DNA of 64,000 nucleotides from an uncultured Eubacteriales bacterium (GCA_964429695.1 CAYSCS010000079.1:1121-65120); one strand, 5' to 3'; shown: positions 37,889-49,051, counted from the stretch's first letter. Translations and numbers: made by a program. The notes: a model not told the origin generated them from the sequence alone.

Positions 37889-39757
37889 ATGTGTGGAATA
37901 GCTGGGATTTATGACGAACGAGAAAAAGTCTCCATGGAGAAATTAATCAGAATGGCAGAGATAATGGCTCACAGGGGGCCAGATTCAACGGGTTTTTTTA
38001 TTTCAGAAAATAAAACCATGGGTCTAGCGCATGACCGGCTTTCGATAATTGACTTAACTCCGGCTGCTAATCAGCCGATGAGCAATGAAAATAAGTCTTT
38101 ATGGCTTGTCTTTAATGGGGAGATTTATAACCATCATCTTTTAAGAGAAAAATTAGTAAGTAAAGGTCATAAGTTTAAATCAAGGAGTGATTCTGAAGTC
38201 ATTCTTCACCTTTATGAGGAGAAGAAAGAAGGTCTCTTAGAAGACCTGAATGGGATGTTTTCCTTCTGTATTTATGACACACAAGAGGGAAAACTATTTC
38301 TTGCTCGAGATAGAGTGGGAATTAAACCCTTGTATTTTTATCATGAAAATGGTTTTTTTGCTTTTTCTTCTGAAATGAAAGGCCTGCTGGTTCTCCCCCA
38401 AACACAAAGGGGTATCGAACCTGAGGCAGTGAATTTCTTTTTCACTCTTGGTTATATTCCGGCTCCTTATACCATTTTCAAAAGAATAAAGAAATTATTG
38501 CCCGCTCATTTTCTTACATTTAATGGGCATGAGGTAAGTGTCAGGAGATATTGGGAGTTGCCTTCAAATAAAATTGAATCAAAGGGTTTAGATGTGAATC
38601 AATTGATAGATTTCCTGGAAGAAAAATTGCGAAGTTCTATAAAGATGCAGATGGAAAGCGACGTTCCTCTTGGTTGCTTTCTTTCAGGAGGGATTGATTC
38701 TAGCCTTGTGGCTAAGATAATGGCAGAAGAAGCCAGTTCTCCCATAAAAACTTTCACCATAGGCTTTGAGGATGCAGAATTTGACGAAAGACCTTTTGCA
38801 AGGTTAGTCTCAGAGGCGATTAAGTCCGAGCACAAGGAATATTTGGTTAAGATAGATGAAGGTGAAGCATTAGAAAAATTGATTAATTATTTTGATGAAC
38901 CTTTTGCGGATTCCTCTTTGATTCCCACATATTATGTTTCTCTGGTGGCAAAAGAAAATGTTAGCGTTGTCCTTTCCGGCGATGGGGGGGATGAGCTCTT
39001 CGGAGGATACAACTGGTATACCTGGCTTCTCTCTCTTGAGAGAGTGAAGAGGAGACTTGGCCCTTTAACGAACTATATTGCTCGAGTTGGTAGATTTCTT
39101 CCTGAAGGATTCAAATGGAGACATTTTCTTTCGGTTCTCAACCTGAATGATGCAGAGCAGTTTTTAGAGAGGCTTTCCTTTTTTAAGAGAGAAGAAAAAG
39201 AAAAATTGATTAAGGATGAGTGGCAGAATAACTTAGTGGATAAAGATGCTGAAGAACGATTTATGTCTTTTTTTAATTCTCTGGAGGGGAGCCTGCTGGA
39301 GAAGATGAGCATGACCGATTTTCATTATTATTTGCCTGATGACATCTTGACTAAAGTAGACAGGTCGAGCATGGCTGTTTCCCTTGAGACTCGTGTCCCT
39401 TGGCTCGACCATAATTTGGTGGAATTCGCCTTTTCTCTTCCTCAGGAATTAAGAATATATAAAGGCTGCAGAAAATATCTCCTTAAGGAGCTGGCAAGGA
39501 GAATTCTCCCTAAAAATTTTGTTCTGGAAAGGAAACAAGGGTTTTGCATTCCTCTTGCGAAATGGATGAAAGGAAAACTTGGTGATCTCCTGAGAGATGA
39601 GTTACAAGGACCAGTTTTCACTCAAATCCTCGATGCTCATTATGTAAAAGATTTATTATCCAAGATAAATAAAACAAACAATGTCGAGTTGGGAGCAAAA
39701 CTATTCGCTGTTCTTATCTTTTGCATGTGGTACAAAAAATGGGTGGTTAAGGAATGA
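37889..39757 (+). CDS. asnB: Asparagine synthase (glutamine-hydrolysing) family amidotransferase
   Basis: MCGIAG (Ntn Cys), HRGPD, FNGEIYN, ARDRVGIKPLY, LSGGIDSS, SGDGGDELFGGY, KVDRSSMAVSLE. Likely amidates the polysaccharide. Confidence 0.93.
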   Translation: MCGIAGIYDEREKVSMEKLIRMAEIMAHRGPDSTGFFISENKTMGLAHDRLSIIDLTPAANQPMSNENKSLWLVFNGEIYNHHLLREKLVSKGHKFKSRSDSEVILHLYEEKKEGLLEDLNGMFSFCIYDTQEGKLFLARDRVGIKPLYFYHENGFFAFSSEMKGLLVLPQTQRGIEPEAVNFFFTLGYIPAPYTIFKRIKKLLPAHFLTFNGHEVSVRRYWELPSNKIESKGLDVNQLIDFLEEKLRSSIKMQMESDVPLGCFLSGGIDSSLVAKIMAEEASSPIKTFTIGFEDAEFDERPFARLVSEAIKSEHKEYLVKIDEGEALEKLINYFDEPFADSSLIPTYYVSLVAKENVSVVLSGDGGDELFGGYNWYTWLLSLERVKRRLGPLTNYIARVGRFLPEGFKWRHFLSVLNLNDAEQFLERLSFFKREEKEKLIKDEWQNNLVDKDAEERFMSFFNSLEGSLLEKMSMTDFHYYLPDDILTKVDRSSMAVSLETRVPWLDHNLVEFAFSLPQELRIYKGCRKYLLKELARRILPKNFVLERKQGFCIPLAKWMKGKLGDLLRDELQGPVFTQILDAHYVKDLLSKINKTNNVELGAKLFAVLIFCMWYKKWVVKE

Positions 39758-40878
39758 ACATTCTCTGGTTTATAGACAAGGAACTCGACCTTTCTTTCAG
39801 TACCTCGGCAAGGATTGCAGGCGTAAAATATTTAGAGAAGAAGCATTCTGTTTCCCTTATCTCAGGCTATAAAGATAGAGAAAAAGATTTTGAGATAAAA
39901 GGATGCATTTATTTTTTAAAAAAAATAAACCTCCCTTTCTTAAAGACAGCCTCTTTTTATCGGCAACAGTTGAAGTTTATTGATAATTATGAAAGGTTGA
40001 ATGGGGTAGATATAATCCTCCTTAATTCATCAAATTTGTTTTTATTTAGGAAATTACTAAAATTAAAGAAGAGGTATGGATTCAAGGTTATCCTGGATGT
40101 AAGGACGCTGCCTGTGGATTCTAACCCTCTTAAGAGATGGATAAATGATTTCTTTTTGAGGAAGAGCCTCCATCTTGCAGCAAGAAATTTCGAAGGAATA
40201 ACGTATATTACTGAGGAAATGAAAAAATTTTGCCTTTCTAATTATAATCTTCCTGAGCATTCTTTCCAAATCTGGGGTTCTGGAGTGGATCCACAAATAT
40301 TCAAACCCTCAATTTCTCACTTATCCTCACGAGAATATAGGTTGATGTACCATGGTCAGGTTGCGAGGAATAGAGGCTTACAAGGTGTTATCCAAGCGCT
40401 AAATATTTTGGGCGATGAAGAGATATGTTTTCATATTCTTGGTGCAGGGGAAGGACTTGTTGAAATGAAAAAACTGACTAAGAAACTCGGGCTCGAGGGT
40501 AGGGTTCTCTTTCATTCCCCTGTTTCTCTCTCAGAAGTCCCTTATTACATCAATTCAATCCATGCGGGAATACTTCCTTTTCCCCACTGGAGAGGCTGGA
40601 ATACAAGTTCGCCTCTTAAACTCTTTGAATACTTGGCTTGTGGAAAACCGGTAATCGCCACAGATATTCCGGCTCATTCAAATGTACTTAAAGGAAAAGA
40701 TTTTGTTTTTTGGATCTCAGGTTCTTCTCCTGAAAGAATAGCTAGCGCGATAAGAGAGGCCAAGGAAAGAAAGACAGAATACAGAAGATTGGCAGAAGAA
40801 GCAAGAAAGTTTGTAGAGATGAATTTTACCTGGGAGAGACAGGTGAAAAAACTAGAGGAATTTTTGGAAGGTCTTTGA
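39754..40878 (+). CDS. Glycosyltransferase family 4
   Basis: GVD..F.P, YHG..RGL, SPLKLFEYLACGKPVI. Confidence 0.88.
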   Translation: MNILWFIDKELDLSFSTSARIAGVKYLEKKHSVSLISGYKDREKDFEIKGCIYFLKKINLPFLKTASFYRQQLKFIDNYERLNGVDIILLNSSNLFLFRKLLKLKKRYGFKVILDVRTLPVDSNPLKRWINDFFLRKSLHLAARNFEGITYITEEMKKFCLSNYNLPEHSFQIWGSGVDPQIFKPSISHLSSREYRLMYHGQVARNRGLQGVIQALNILGDEEICFHILGAGEGLVEMKKLTKKLGLEGRVLFHSPVSLSEVPYYINSIHAGILPFPHWRGWNTSSPLKLFEYLACGKPVIATDIPAHSNVLKGKDFVFWISGSSPERIASAIREAKERKTEYRRLAEEARKFVEMNFTWERQVKKLEEFLEGL

Positions 40879-42311
40879 TGCAGGTTTCGTTTTCAAAATG
40901 GCAAAATTCTTTGATTTTTCATCTTTTTATTCTTTTCTTTCTCAGCTTTCTTTTAAGCCGGGCCATAGTCAACCGGAATTATAATTTGATGCTCACCGTG
41001 GCAATTGGGTTTATTCTATTTCTTATTCTCAAGTCAAATATTTTATCCATAATCATCATCCTCATTCTTTCATTTTTTGGTAATTGGCTAGAGGCGATTG
41101 GATACCTCCCAGCACAATTCAACTGGCTTTCTGAAATTGTCATCGTGCTTCTTATTATTAAGAGTTTTAGCCTGAAGGCCTTCAAGAAAGAGGAAATTAA
41201 GCTGAAATTTTCTGGAATTTTTATTTTATTTCTGCTTATATCTTTCGTTTCCTATCTTTTGAATTCAATTAGTTTTCTCCATTTTGCACTTTTTTTAAGG
41301 CTTGTTGGGCGCTATTTTTTGCTTTATCTAGCCACAGTGAATCTCGACCTTGACCAGAAAACCATTTTGTTGATCAATAAAATAATCATTTTCCTTTTTC
41401 TCATTCAGATTCCTACGGCATTTATCAAAATGCTCATCTACGGGCAGGGAGAGCAGGCTATTGGGACCTATGCTCTTCATGGAGGAGACCTTTCTACGTG
41501 TATTCCTCTTATGGCAATAAGCTTCTTAATTTCTTTCTATTTCCTTTATAAACCGTCAAGAACATATTTAGTTTTAATTTTTTGTTTTATAGCTTTCGGG
41601 CTTGTTGGAGGAAAAAAGGCCCTAATCCTCTTTGTGCCTATTCTTGTCTTTTTCTTAAGCTTCTTTTTTAAGAAAAGCATGAAAGAAATAATGAGATACT
41701 TCGTCTTGGGGAGTTTGATCATTCTCCTTACGGGTTTTTTCTCGATGAAATTAATAGAAAGATTGAACCCTCAACGAGAAAGAGGCGGAGAAATAAGCTT
41801 GAATTACCTCAAGGATTATTTCCTACGATATGCGACAGAAGGGCAGAGGTCCTATTCCATAGGAAGAATTGCTACTACAAGGAATGTATTTTCAATTTTA
41901 AAGGATGGTGGATTTGAAAGCTTTTTCTTCGGTCTAGGACCAGGAAGTTATATTGAAACGAGATTTAAAGACTTGAAAACTACGCTTAAAGAAAGGGGAG
42001 AGTTGCCCATAATATATGGAATAACAGGCTTCACCTGGCTTGCCTTACAGGTTGGTCTTTTAGGGGCGATTATTTATCTTTTTATTTTCTACCGTATTCT
42101 TGTCGAGTGTCATTCTCATTTTGAAAGAGAGAAGAATGCCTACTGGAAATCTTTTGGCTTGGGAATGGTAGGTTTTTCTTTTGTGATGCTCTTCATCAAC
42201 ATTTTTTATTCTCCTGTGCTAACGGACGACCTTTTTCCGATGATATTCTTTTTACTCGTTGCTTTTTTTCTCAAGGGTAGAAAAAACCAAGAGAATCAAG
42301 GACCTTCCTGA
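40875..42311 (+). CDS. Probable Wzy O-unit polymerase
   Basis: About 12 TM segments, large loop with GR..T, FFGLGPGSY and QVGLLG; located among GTs. Confidence 0.65.
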   Translation: MMQVSFSKWQNSLIFHLFILFFLSFLLSRAIVNRNYNLMLTVAIGFILFLILKSNILSIIIILILSFFGNWLEAIGYLPAQFNWLSEIVIVLLIIKSFSLKAFKKEEIKLKFSGIFILFLLISFVSYLLNSISFLHFALFLRLVGRYFLLYLATVNLDLDQKTILLINKIIIFLFLIQIPTAFIKMLIYGQGEQAIGTYALHGGDLSTCIPLMAISFLISFYFLYKPSRTYLVLIFCFIAFGLVGGKKALILFVPILVFFLSFFFKKSMKEIMRYFVLGSLIILLTGFFSMKLIERLNPQRERGGEISLNYLKDYFLRYATEGQRSYSIGRIATTRNVFSILKDGGFESFFFGLGPGSYIETRFKDLKTTLKERGELPIIYGITGFTWLALQVGLLGAIIYLFIFYRILVECHSHFEREKNAYWKSFGLGMVGFSFVMLFINIFYSPVLTDDLFPMIFFLLVAFFLKGRKNQENQGPS

Positions 42312-42460
42312 AACGATGAAAAAAAGAAGCAAAGATGGCTCAAGGATTGAATTTTAAGATGGGTGGGGAAAGGTAATTTCCTTTTAAGGCCTAAGATGTC
42401 AAGCTTATCTAAGTCAAATAGTTTAAACTTAAAAAAAGAAGGTCTTTTCAAGTAGACGCG

Positions 42461-43579
42461 ATGGAAAAGACAAGGATTGCCTTGATCGGACCTGTAATGT
42501 GTAACTCTGGGATTTCTTCAGTAGTGGATACGTTGCTCCAGAGTAAGATTCTTGCAGAGAATTATAAGTTTGAAAAATTTAATTCATCAAATTACAGGGA
42601 TAGCCAGCCCCTGGTTAATTTTTTATCATTTTGGAAATCATTCATTAAGTATTTTTATTTTTTAGTACGGAGAAGGATAAGCATTGCTCATATTCATTCC
42701 TCCCATGGGAAAAGTTTTTATCGAAAATTCTTTTTCGTCCTCGTTTCTTCTTTATTTAAGGTAAAGACTATCTTTCACCTTCATTCCAGTTTGTTCGATG
42801 AGTTTTTTATCTCAGCCGAAGGAATAAGGAAAAAGCTGATTGAATATGTTTTTAGAAAGGCAGATGCTGTTATCACCCTTTGTGAGGATTGGAGAGAGAA
42901 ATTGGAAATGAAATACCGGCTTGGGAAACACCTGGTTATATACAATCCGGTTTCCTTAACTGAAAGAGAAGTGAGAGATAATAGAGAAAGAAAGTCAGGG
43001 CTAATTCTTTTTTTAGGTTTTTTGATAAAGACAAAAGGCATCTATGACCTGATAGAGATTGCTAAAAGATTGAGTGAAGAGAAGGTGCCTTGCAAGTTAT
43101 TAGTCTGCGGAAAGGGCAGAGAAGAGAAAAGTTTTCTCCAGAAAATAAAAGAAAATTCATTGAAAAACGTAGAATTTAAAGGTTGGGTTTCGGGTCAAGA
43201 AAAAACAAAGATTCTTAAGGAGTCTGAAATATTCTTCCTGCCCTCATACCAGGAAGGAATTCCCATGGCTCTCCTCGAAGCCATGAGCTATGGTTTGCCC
43301 ATCATCTCAACAAGGGTTGGAGGAATACCCGAGGTGGTGAGAGAAGGAGAAAATGGCTATCTACTCCAACCTGGAGACATAAATGGGTTTGTTAAAAGGA
43401 TTAGAAGTCTCCTTGGAGACCAAGAAAGAAAAGAATCATTCGGCAAGAGAAGCAGAAGCCTTGCTGAAAGATTCGAAAAGGAACTTATTTCTAAAGAGCA
43501 TTTAAAGCTCTATGAAAGCCTCTTAGGTAGGGTTAGAAATGAAGCAAATAATTCAGAACTATCGCACAGGAAAACTTGA
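42461..43579 (+). CDS. Glycosyltransferase family 4
   Basis: HIHSS..SFYRK, KGIYDL, EGIPMALLEAMSYG, VGGIPE. Confidence 0.9.
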   Translation: MEKTRIALIGPVMCNSGISSVVDTLLQSKILAENYKFEKFNSSNYRDSQPLVNFLSFWKSFIKYFYFLVRRRISIAHIHSSHGKSFYRKFFFVLVSSLFKVKTIFHLHSSLFDEFFISAEGIRKKLIEYVFRKADAVITLCEDWREKLEMKYRLGKHLVIYNPVSLTEREVRDNRERKSGLILFLGFLIKTKGIYDLIEIAKRLSEEKVPCKLLVCGKGREEKSFLQKIKENSLKNVEFKGWVSGQEKTKILKESEIFFLPSYQEGIPMALLEAMSYGLPIISTRVGGIPEVVREGENGYLLQPGDINGFVKRIRSLLGDQERKESFGKRSRSLAERFEKELISKEHLKLYESLLGRVRNEANNSELSHRKT

Positions 43580-45707
43580 AATAAAGGAAGTTCCACCCCC
43601 CATGTTAAGGAAAGGGGGTGCAATTGTCAGGGCTCTCTTCTCTCTTATCAGCCCCGGTACTGAGAGGGCAACAATGGAGATTTCAAAGAAATCTCTTCTG
43701 GGAAAAGCAAGGGCTCGACCTGACCTTGTTAGACAGGTTATTTCTACCGCCAAAAGGGTGGGAGTAAAAAAAACAATCGAGATAGTCATGGATCGTCTTA
43801 ATACTCCTGTTCCCTTGGGATATAGCCTCTCCGGGATTGTAGAGGAACTTTCTTCAGAAGTAACAGGAGTGGGTGTTGGAGACCTCGTAGCGTGCGCAGG
43901 GGCAGGTTATGCAAGTCATGCCGAGGTTGTCTTTGTCCCTATTAATCTCTTAGTTAAAGTTCCTGAAGGGGTAAGTGAGGAAGAAGCAGCCTTTACTACT
44001 TTAGGAAGCATAGCCTTACATGGCGTAAGGCAGGCAAATTTGAGTATAGGTGATAGAGTAGGAGTGATTGGATTGGGTCTTGTAGGTCAAATAACAGTGG
44101 CCCTGCTTAAGCTCCATGGGTGCCAAGTGTTAGGAGTTGATCTCAGAGAATATGCCGTTGAGGCCTCCCAAAAAATGGGCATAGACTTGGGCTTGTTGAG
44201 GAACCTCCCAGGGTTTCATGAAAAGGTAAGAGAATTTTCAGGAGGAAAGGGATTGGATGCAGTCATCATTACCGCAAGCAGTCATTCGAACGACCCCTTT
44301 GAGCTCGCTTCAGAATTGTTAAGGGACAGAGGCACATTAGTTATAGTAGGTGGAATAAAGATGGAGATAGAAAAGTCAATTTCAAGCCTTTTCTATCAAA
44401 AAGAAATTGAAATCAAGTTTTCACGATCCTATGGGCCCGGAAGATATGACCCCAACTACGAGGAGAAAGGAATAGATTACCCAATTGGATATGTTCGCTG
44501 GACTGAAAAACGAAACATGGAATGTTTTCTTGAAATAGTCTCTTCACGCAAGATTGATTTGAGTACTTTGATCACCCATGTTTTTCCCTTTGATCAGGCG
44601 ATTGAAGCTTATAAGCTCATAAGCTCTCAAGAGCCATTTCTTGGTGTGCTTTTAAAATATCAGGAAAAAAAAGAGAAAGAAAAGATTACACCCACTTTAA
44701 TCCTAAAGGCCACTCCTCTTTCTGGGAAAATAGGAGTTGGGGTATTAGGAGCGGGACATTTTGCTCAATCTAATCTCCTCCCCTATCTCAAAAAGATTTC
44801 AGATGTGGAACTAGTGGGTCTTTGTACTTCAAGGGGTATAATGAGCCAAAGTGTGGGCGAAAAATTTGGATTCGCCTATTGTACTCAGGATCCTCATCAA
44901 ATATTGAATGATGAGAGGATTAAGGTAGTTTTCATTGCTACTCGGCATGATTCTCATGGGAAGTATGTGATAGAAGCTCTCAAGAGAAAAAAACATGTTT
45001 TTGTAGAGAAACCTCTTACCCTCGATGAAGAAGAGCTCAGGGAAATAATTCATGCCTATGAGCTGTCGCGGCATGAGCAGGCCCTCCATCTTATGGTAGG
45101 TTATAACCGAAGATTTGCTCCACTGAGTTTAAAATTGAGAAGTGTCTTTGAAGAAATCAATAGTCCGTTGCTCATTATTTACAGAGTCAATGCTGGATAC
45201 CTTTCTCCTGAAAGCTGGTATCAAGACCCTGCTCAGGGGGGAAGGCTGGTTGGAGAGTGTTGTCATTTTATAGATTTCGCTCAATTTCTATCTTGCTCTT
45301 ACCCCATTCGAGTAGTGTCTTATGGAATTCTTGATAAGGATAAACCATCTTTTCTCTGCGATAATTTGATCATCCTCATTCAAATGAAGAATGATTCCTT
45401 AGCCTCTATCCTCTATACTTCGATGGGAGATCCATCTCTTCCAAAAGAAAGAATTGAGGTTTTTGCAGGTGCTTCCTCTGCAATTTTGGATGATTTTAAA
45501 TCATTGCTCTGCTATAGAGAGGGAAAGAAGAAAAAATACAGACAAATTCCCCAAGATAAAGGACACAGAGCAGAAATAGAAATTTTCGTAAGAGCGATAA
45601 AGCAAGGTGATGCTTCCCCGATTGAATTTGAAACTTTAGTAAAGACATCTCGAACTACCTTTGCTGCCCTAGAGAGTTTAAAGAGCAGAAAGCCAGTTGA
45701 ATTATGA
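43539..45707 (+). CDS. Bi-domain oxidoreductase (MDR-like plus Gfo/Idh/MocA)
   Basis: SLISPGTE, PLGYSLSG, GLGLVG, SRSYGPGRYD..YEE.G.DYP.GYVRWTE.RN; then GAGHFA, TRHDSH, VEKPL, GYNRRFAP, GECCHFID. Confidence 0.88.
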   Translation: MKQIIQNYRTGKLEIKEVPPPMLRKGGAIVRALFSLISPGTERATMEISKKSLLGKARARPDLVRQVISTAKRVGVKKTIEIVMDRLNTPVPLGYSLSGIVEELSSEVTGVGVGDLVACAGAGYASHAEVVFVPINLLVKVPEGVSEEEAAFTTLGSIALHGVRQANLSIGDRVGVIGLGLVGQITVALLKLHGCQVLGVDLREYAVEASQKMGIDLGLLRNLPGFHEKVREFSGGKGLDAVIITASSHSNDPFELASELLRDRGTLVIVGGIKMEIEKSISSLFYQKEIEIKFSRSYGPGRYDPNYEEKGIDYPIGYVRWTEKRNMECFLEIVSSRKIDLSTLITHVFPFDQAIEAYKLISSQEPFLGVLLKYQEKKEKEKITPTLILKATPLSGKIGVGVLGAGHFAQSNLLPYLKKISDVELVGLCTSRGIMSQSVGEKFGFAYCTQDPHQILNDERIKVVFIATRHDSHGKYVIEALKRKKHVFVEKPLTLDEEELREIIHAYELSRHEQALHLMVGYNRRFAPLSLKLRSVFEEINSPLLIIYRVNAGYLSPESWYQDPAQGGRLVGECCHFIDFAQFLSCSYPIRVVSYGILDKDKPSFLCDNLIILIQMKNDSLASILYTSMGDPSLPKERIEVFAGASSAILDDFKSLLCYREGKKKKYRQIPQDKGHRAEIEIFVRAIKQGDASPIEFETLVKTSRTTFAALESLKSRKPVEL

Positions 45708-45766
45708 ACTTTTTATGTGGATGAAAGTCGATTGCATAGTTTTTTGGAAGACCTTAATTTTAAAAA

Positions 45767-47752
45767 ATGAGAATGCTTAGCTTAATTAATAAGATGAGTA
45801 GCCTGAACTGGTACTTCTGGAGGATAAGAAAAATTTCAATTCTTGAATACCCCTATAGAATTAATCAATTAATTAAAAGAAGGGTCGATAAATTAAGAGT
45901 TCATAAACCTTTCATGCACGAATTTCGACCTCTGAAAGCTTTATTTTCAGGGAGGGATTTTTCAGATATTTTAGAATATTTTCCTCAGCTGGAGGAGAAA
46001 ATTCTCAACAAGGCAGAAGACATTCTCAATCATAGATTCGAAATATTTGGAATACAAAAACATTTCGGGGAAAAGATTGATTGGCATCTTGATCCCAAGA
46101 CAGAGAAATCATGGCCGATGAAGTTTTGGGGCGATATCGACTACAGAAATGGAAAAACATACGGGGGAATAAAATTTGCCTGGGAATTGAACCGTCTCCA
46201 TCATTTTCCTCAGCTTGCGCTTGCTTTTTTAATTTCTGGAAGAGCCGAATATAAAGAGGAGATATTTCGTCAGATGCGCTCATGGATGCTCTCTAATCCA
46301 TATCCTCAAGGAATCAACTGGATTATGGGGATCGAATCGGGGATAAGAATCGTAAATGTTTTTTTCACTTTTAAATTTTTAGGTGAAGAAGGGATCCCTT
46401 CCCCAGAATTTAGCCTGATTAATGAATTCATGTTTCAACATGCAAGACATATTTTTCGATTTCCTTCAAAGTATTCATCCTCTGCAAACCATTCCCTGGC
46501 AGAGGCGCTGGGATTATTTGTTTCCGGGGCATATTTTTCAGGGATGAAGAAGTCTCGAAAATGGAAAATTTTTGGAAAAAAAGTGCTTGAGAAGGAAGTC
46601 TTGCGTCAAGTTTATCCTGATGGAAGTCACTTTGAACACTCTATCTTCTATCTTCAATTCGTTCTTGACATTTTTTTGGTTTATTATCTTCTCTGCAAAG
46701 AGATGGATGAAGAACTACCTCCCTTCTTTGAAAAAAGGTTGAAATCAGCGTTTAACTTTATTTCTCATCTTTTAGATAAAGAAGGGAATTATCCTCAAAT
46801 TGGAGATGAAGATGAGGGGTATCTTTTGAAACTCTGGTTCGGGAGACATAACAACTTTGTTTCCCTTCTCAACACGGGAGCCGTGCTCTTTTCAGAACCG
46901 ACTTGGATACAGGAAAATGCTGAGTATGACTTAAAAACTTTTTTACTCCTAGGAAAAGAATCGAAGAAGATATGGGATGAATTGAGGAAGAAAAAAAAAC
47001 ATTTTTCTTTTGAGGCTAATTATTTTCGGAACTCGGGTTTAGCCGTTATTAGAGATAGAAGTGAGCTTGATATCCTTTTTGTGGGTAATAGCGGTCCTTT
47101 GGGAATGCGTCCCCTCGCTGCCCACGGTCATTCGGACGCTCTGAGTTTTTGGATTTCAGTGAAGGGAAGGCAGATGTTTGTTGACCCAGGAACATATCTC
47201 TATCATGGTGGGGGCAGATGGAGGTCATATTTTCGTTCTACATCTGCCCATAATACGATCAGGGTAGATCAAAGAGACCAGGCGACTATCGTAGCCGACT
47301 TTATATTTAAAGATTTCTATAGAATTGAAGATGTATTTTTCAAGGAATTTAGGGATGTGGTGGTTTGGTGTGCCACTCATAATGGTTATTTGCGCTTAAC
47401 TGACCCTGTTTGGCATAAGCGAGAAGTTTTCTATTGGAAGAAAGAAAAATTACTAGAAATCATAGATAATATTATTTGTAAGAAGGAACATCTCCTTGAG
47501 ATATTCTTTCATTTTCATCCTGAATGTTGTGTTGTTGGCGGAGAAGATGGTTGTTTCATAACGTCAAATGGAGCGAAGGCTAGATTAAAATTAGATTCTG
47601 GGTGGAGAAGAAAAATATTAGTCAAGGGTAGCTTTAATCCCTTTGGAGGATGGTATTCATCTAGTTTTAATCGTGTTCAGGAATCGTTTACTCTCGTTGC
47701 AGAGGCAAAGATAAGTGGAAATAAATCTTATAAGACTGAAATAATTTTTTGA
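45767..47752 (+). CDS. Heparinase II/III family protein
   Basis: WELNRLHH, NHSLAE, DG.HFE.S..Y, IGD.DEG, HGHSDALS, VDPGTY.Y, RST.AHNT. Confidence 0.87.
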   Translation: MRMLSLINKMSSLNWYFWRIRKISILEYPYRINQLIKRRVDKLRVHKPFMHEFRPLKALFSGRDFSDILEYFPQLEEKILNKAEDILNHRFEIFGIQKHFGEKIDWHLDPKTEKSWPMKFWGDIDYRNGKTYGGIKFAWELNRLHHFPQLALAFLISGRAEYKEEIFRQMRSWMLSNPYPQGINWIMGIESGIRIVNVFFTFKFLGEEGIPSPEFSLINEFMFQHARHIFRFPSKYSSSANHSLAEALGLFVSGAYFSGMKKSRKWKIFGKKVLEKEVLRQVYPDGSHFEHSIFYLQFVLDIFLVYYLLCKEMDEELPPFFEKRLKSAFNFISHLLDKEGNYPQIGDEDEGYLLKLWFGRHNNFVSLLNTGAVLFSEPTWIQENAEYDLKTFLLLGKESKKIWDELRKKKKHFSFEANYFRNSGLAVIRDRSELDILFVGNSGPLGMRPLAAHGHSDALSFWISVKGRQMFVDPGTYLYHGGGRWRSYFRSTSAHNTIRVDQRDQATIVADFIFKDFYRIEDVFFKEFRDVVVWCATHNGYLRLTDPVWHKREVFYWKKEKLLEIIDNIICKKEHLLEIFFHFHPECCVVGGEDGCFITSNGAKARLKLDSGWRRKILVKGSFNPFGGWYSSSFNRVQESFTLVAEAKISGNKSYKTEIIF

Positions 47753-47761
47753 GATAAAAAA

Positions 47762-49051
47762 TTGGAGCTTTTGAACATTTTTTGGATAAAGAAGTCAAAA
47801 AAGAAAAAACAGGACAAATTAAAAAGGAAAAAAGCAAAAAAGGCTCTGATTTTCATTGAAGACGGTTCTTTCACTTATGATAACAGAGTTAGACGAGAGG
47901 CACAGACGCTCATTGAAGCAGGATGGTTTCTTTCTGTGATCTCCCCGAGAAGTGATGTTGACCCTTGGGTGAGGAAAATTAACAAGAGACTTTATCTCTA
48001 TTTTTATCCAAAGCCCACTTTTAAATCTCTTTATGGCCACATCTTAGAAACATTATTTTCTCTATTTCTTGGGACCTTGCTTTCTATTTGGGTCTTGATT
48101 AGACATGGATTCTCAGTCTTTCATGCCTGTAATCCTATGGATATCGTGTGGATGATTGCCTTACCTTATAAAATACTGGGAAAGAAATTTATTTATGATC
48201 AACATGACCTTGTTCCTGAGTTAATCTTGACCAGAGATGTGAAGAAAAGAAAGAGCTTACTCCTCAAAATGATTTTATTTTTTGAAAAACAGTCTTATCG
48301 ACTGGCTGATTGTATCATTGTGGTTAATGAGTCATTTCGAAAAATTGCAATTTCAAGGGGGCAAAAACCAGAAGAAAAGATATTCGTAGTGAGGAATGGC
48401 CCCGATTTAAACAACTTTAAGATTGTTCCTCCCAAGAAAATAAGAAAGCCTGTGGGGGAATTGTGGGTTGGTTATCTGGGAAACATGAACCCACAAGACG
48501 GAGTTGAAAATCTGTTGAAAGCAGCTCATCTCATTTTGAAAAAACACTTAAGGAAAGATATGAAATTCATTCTTATTGGCGGTGGGAGCTCTTTTCCCGA
48601 GATTTTAAAAGAATCAAAAAAATTGAAAATAAACAATGCAGTGATATTTACAGGAAAGCTGTATGGGGAAGAGCTACTTGAAATCCTATCAGCATGCGAT
48701 ATCTGCGTCCAACCCGATCCTTTAAATCCATTGAACGATATCTCCACAATGAATAAGGCACTTGAATACATGGCACTTGAAAAACCAGTTGTCGCCTTTG
48801 ATTTGAAGGAAACGAGGGTCTCATGTGGAGATGCAGCTTTGTATGTTACTCCCAATGATGTGGAAGAATTGGCGGAAAAGATATTGATTCTTGCTGATAA
48901 TCCCCGGCTAAGGGAGTACTTGGGGAAAAAGGGGAGGGAAAGAGTAGAAAGAGGTTTTTCTTGGGCTTATTCTGCCCCCAATCTCATCCTCGCCTATGAG
49001 AGAGCACTTAATCCCAGAGAAGGATGGAGAGAAAGAGGTTTAGAAAGTTAG
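47762..49051 (+). CDS. Glycosyltransferase family 4 (WbuB-like)
   Basis: D.RVRREA, HACNP.D, DQHDLVPE, VRNGPD, STMNKALEYMA. Confidence 0.88.
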   Translation: MELLNIFWIKKSKKKKQDKLKRKKAKKALIFIEDGSFTYDNRVRREAQTLIEAGWFLSVISPRSDVDPWVRKINKRLYLYFYPKPTFKSLYGHILETLFSLFLGTLLSIWVLIRHGFSVFHACNPMDIVWMIALPYKILGKKFIYDQHDLVPELILTRDVKKRKSLLLKMILFFEKQSYRLADCIIVVNESFRKIAISRGQKPEEKIFVVRNGPDLNNFKIVPPKKIRKPVGELWVGYLGNMNPQDGVENLLKAAHLILKKHLRKDMKFILIGGGSSFPEILKESKKLKINNAVIFTGKLYGEELLEILSACDICVQPDPLNPLNDISTMNKALEYMALEKPVVAFDLKETRVSCGDAALYVTPNDVEELAEKILILADNPRLREYLGKKGRERVERGFSWAYSAPNLILAYERALNPREGWRERGLES

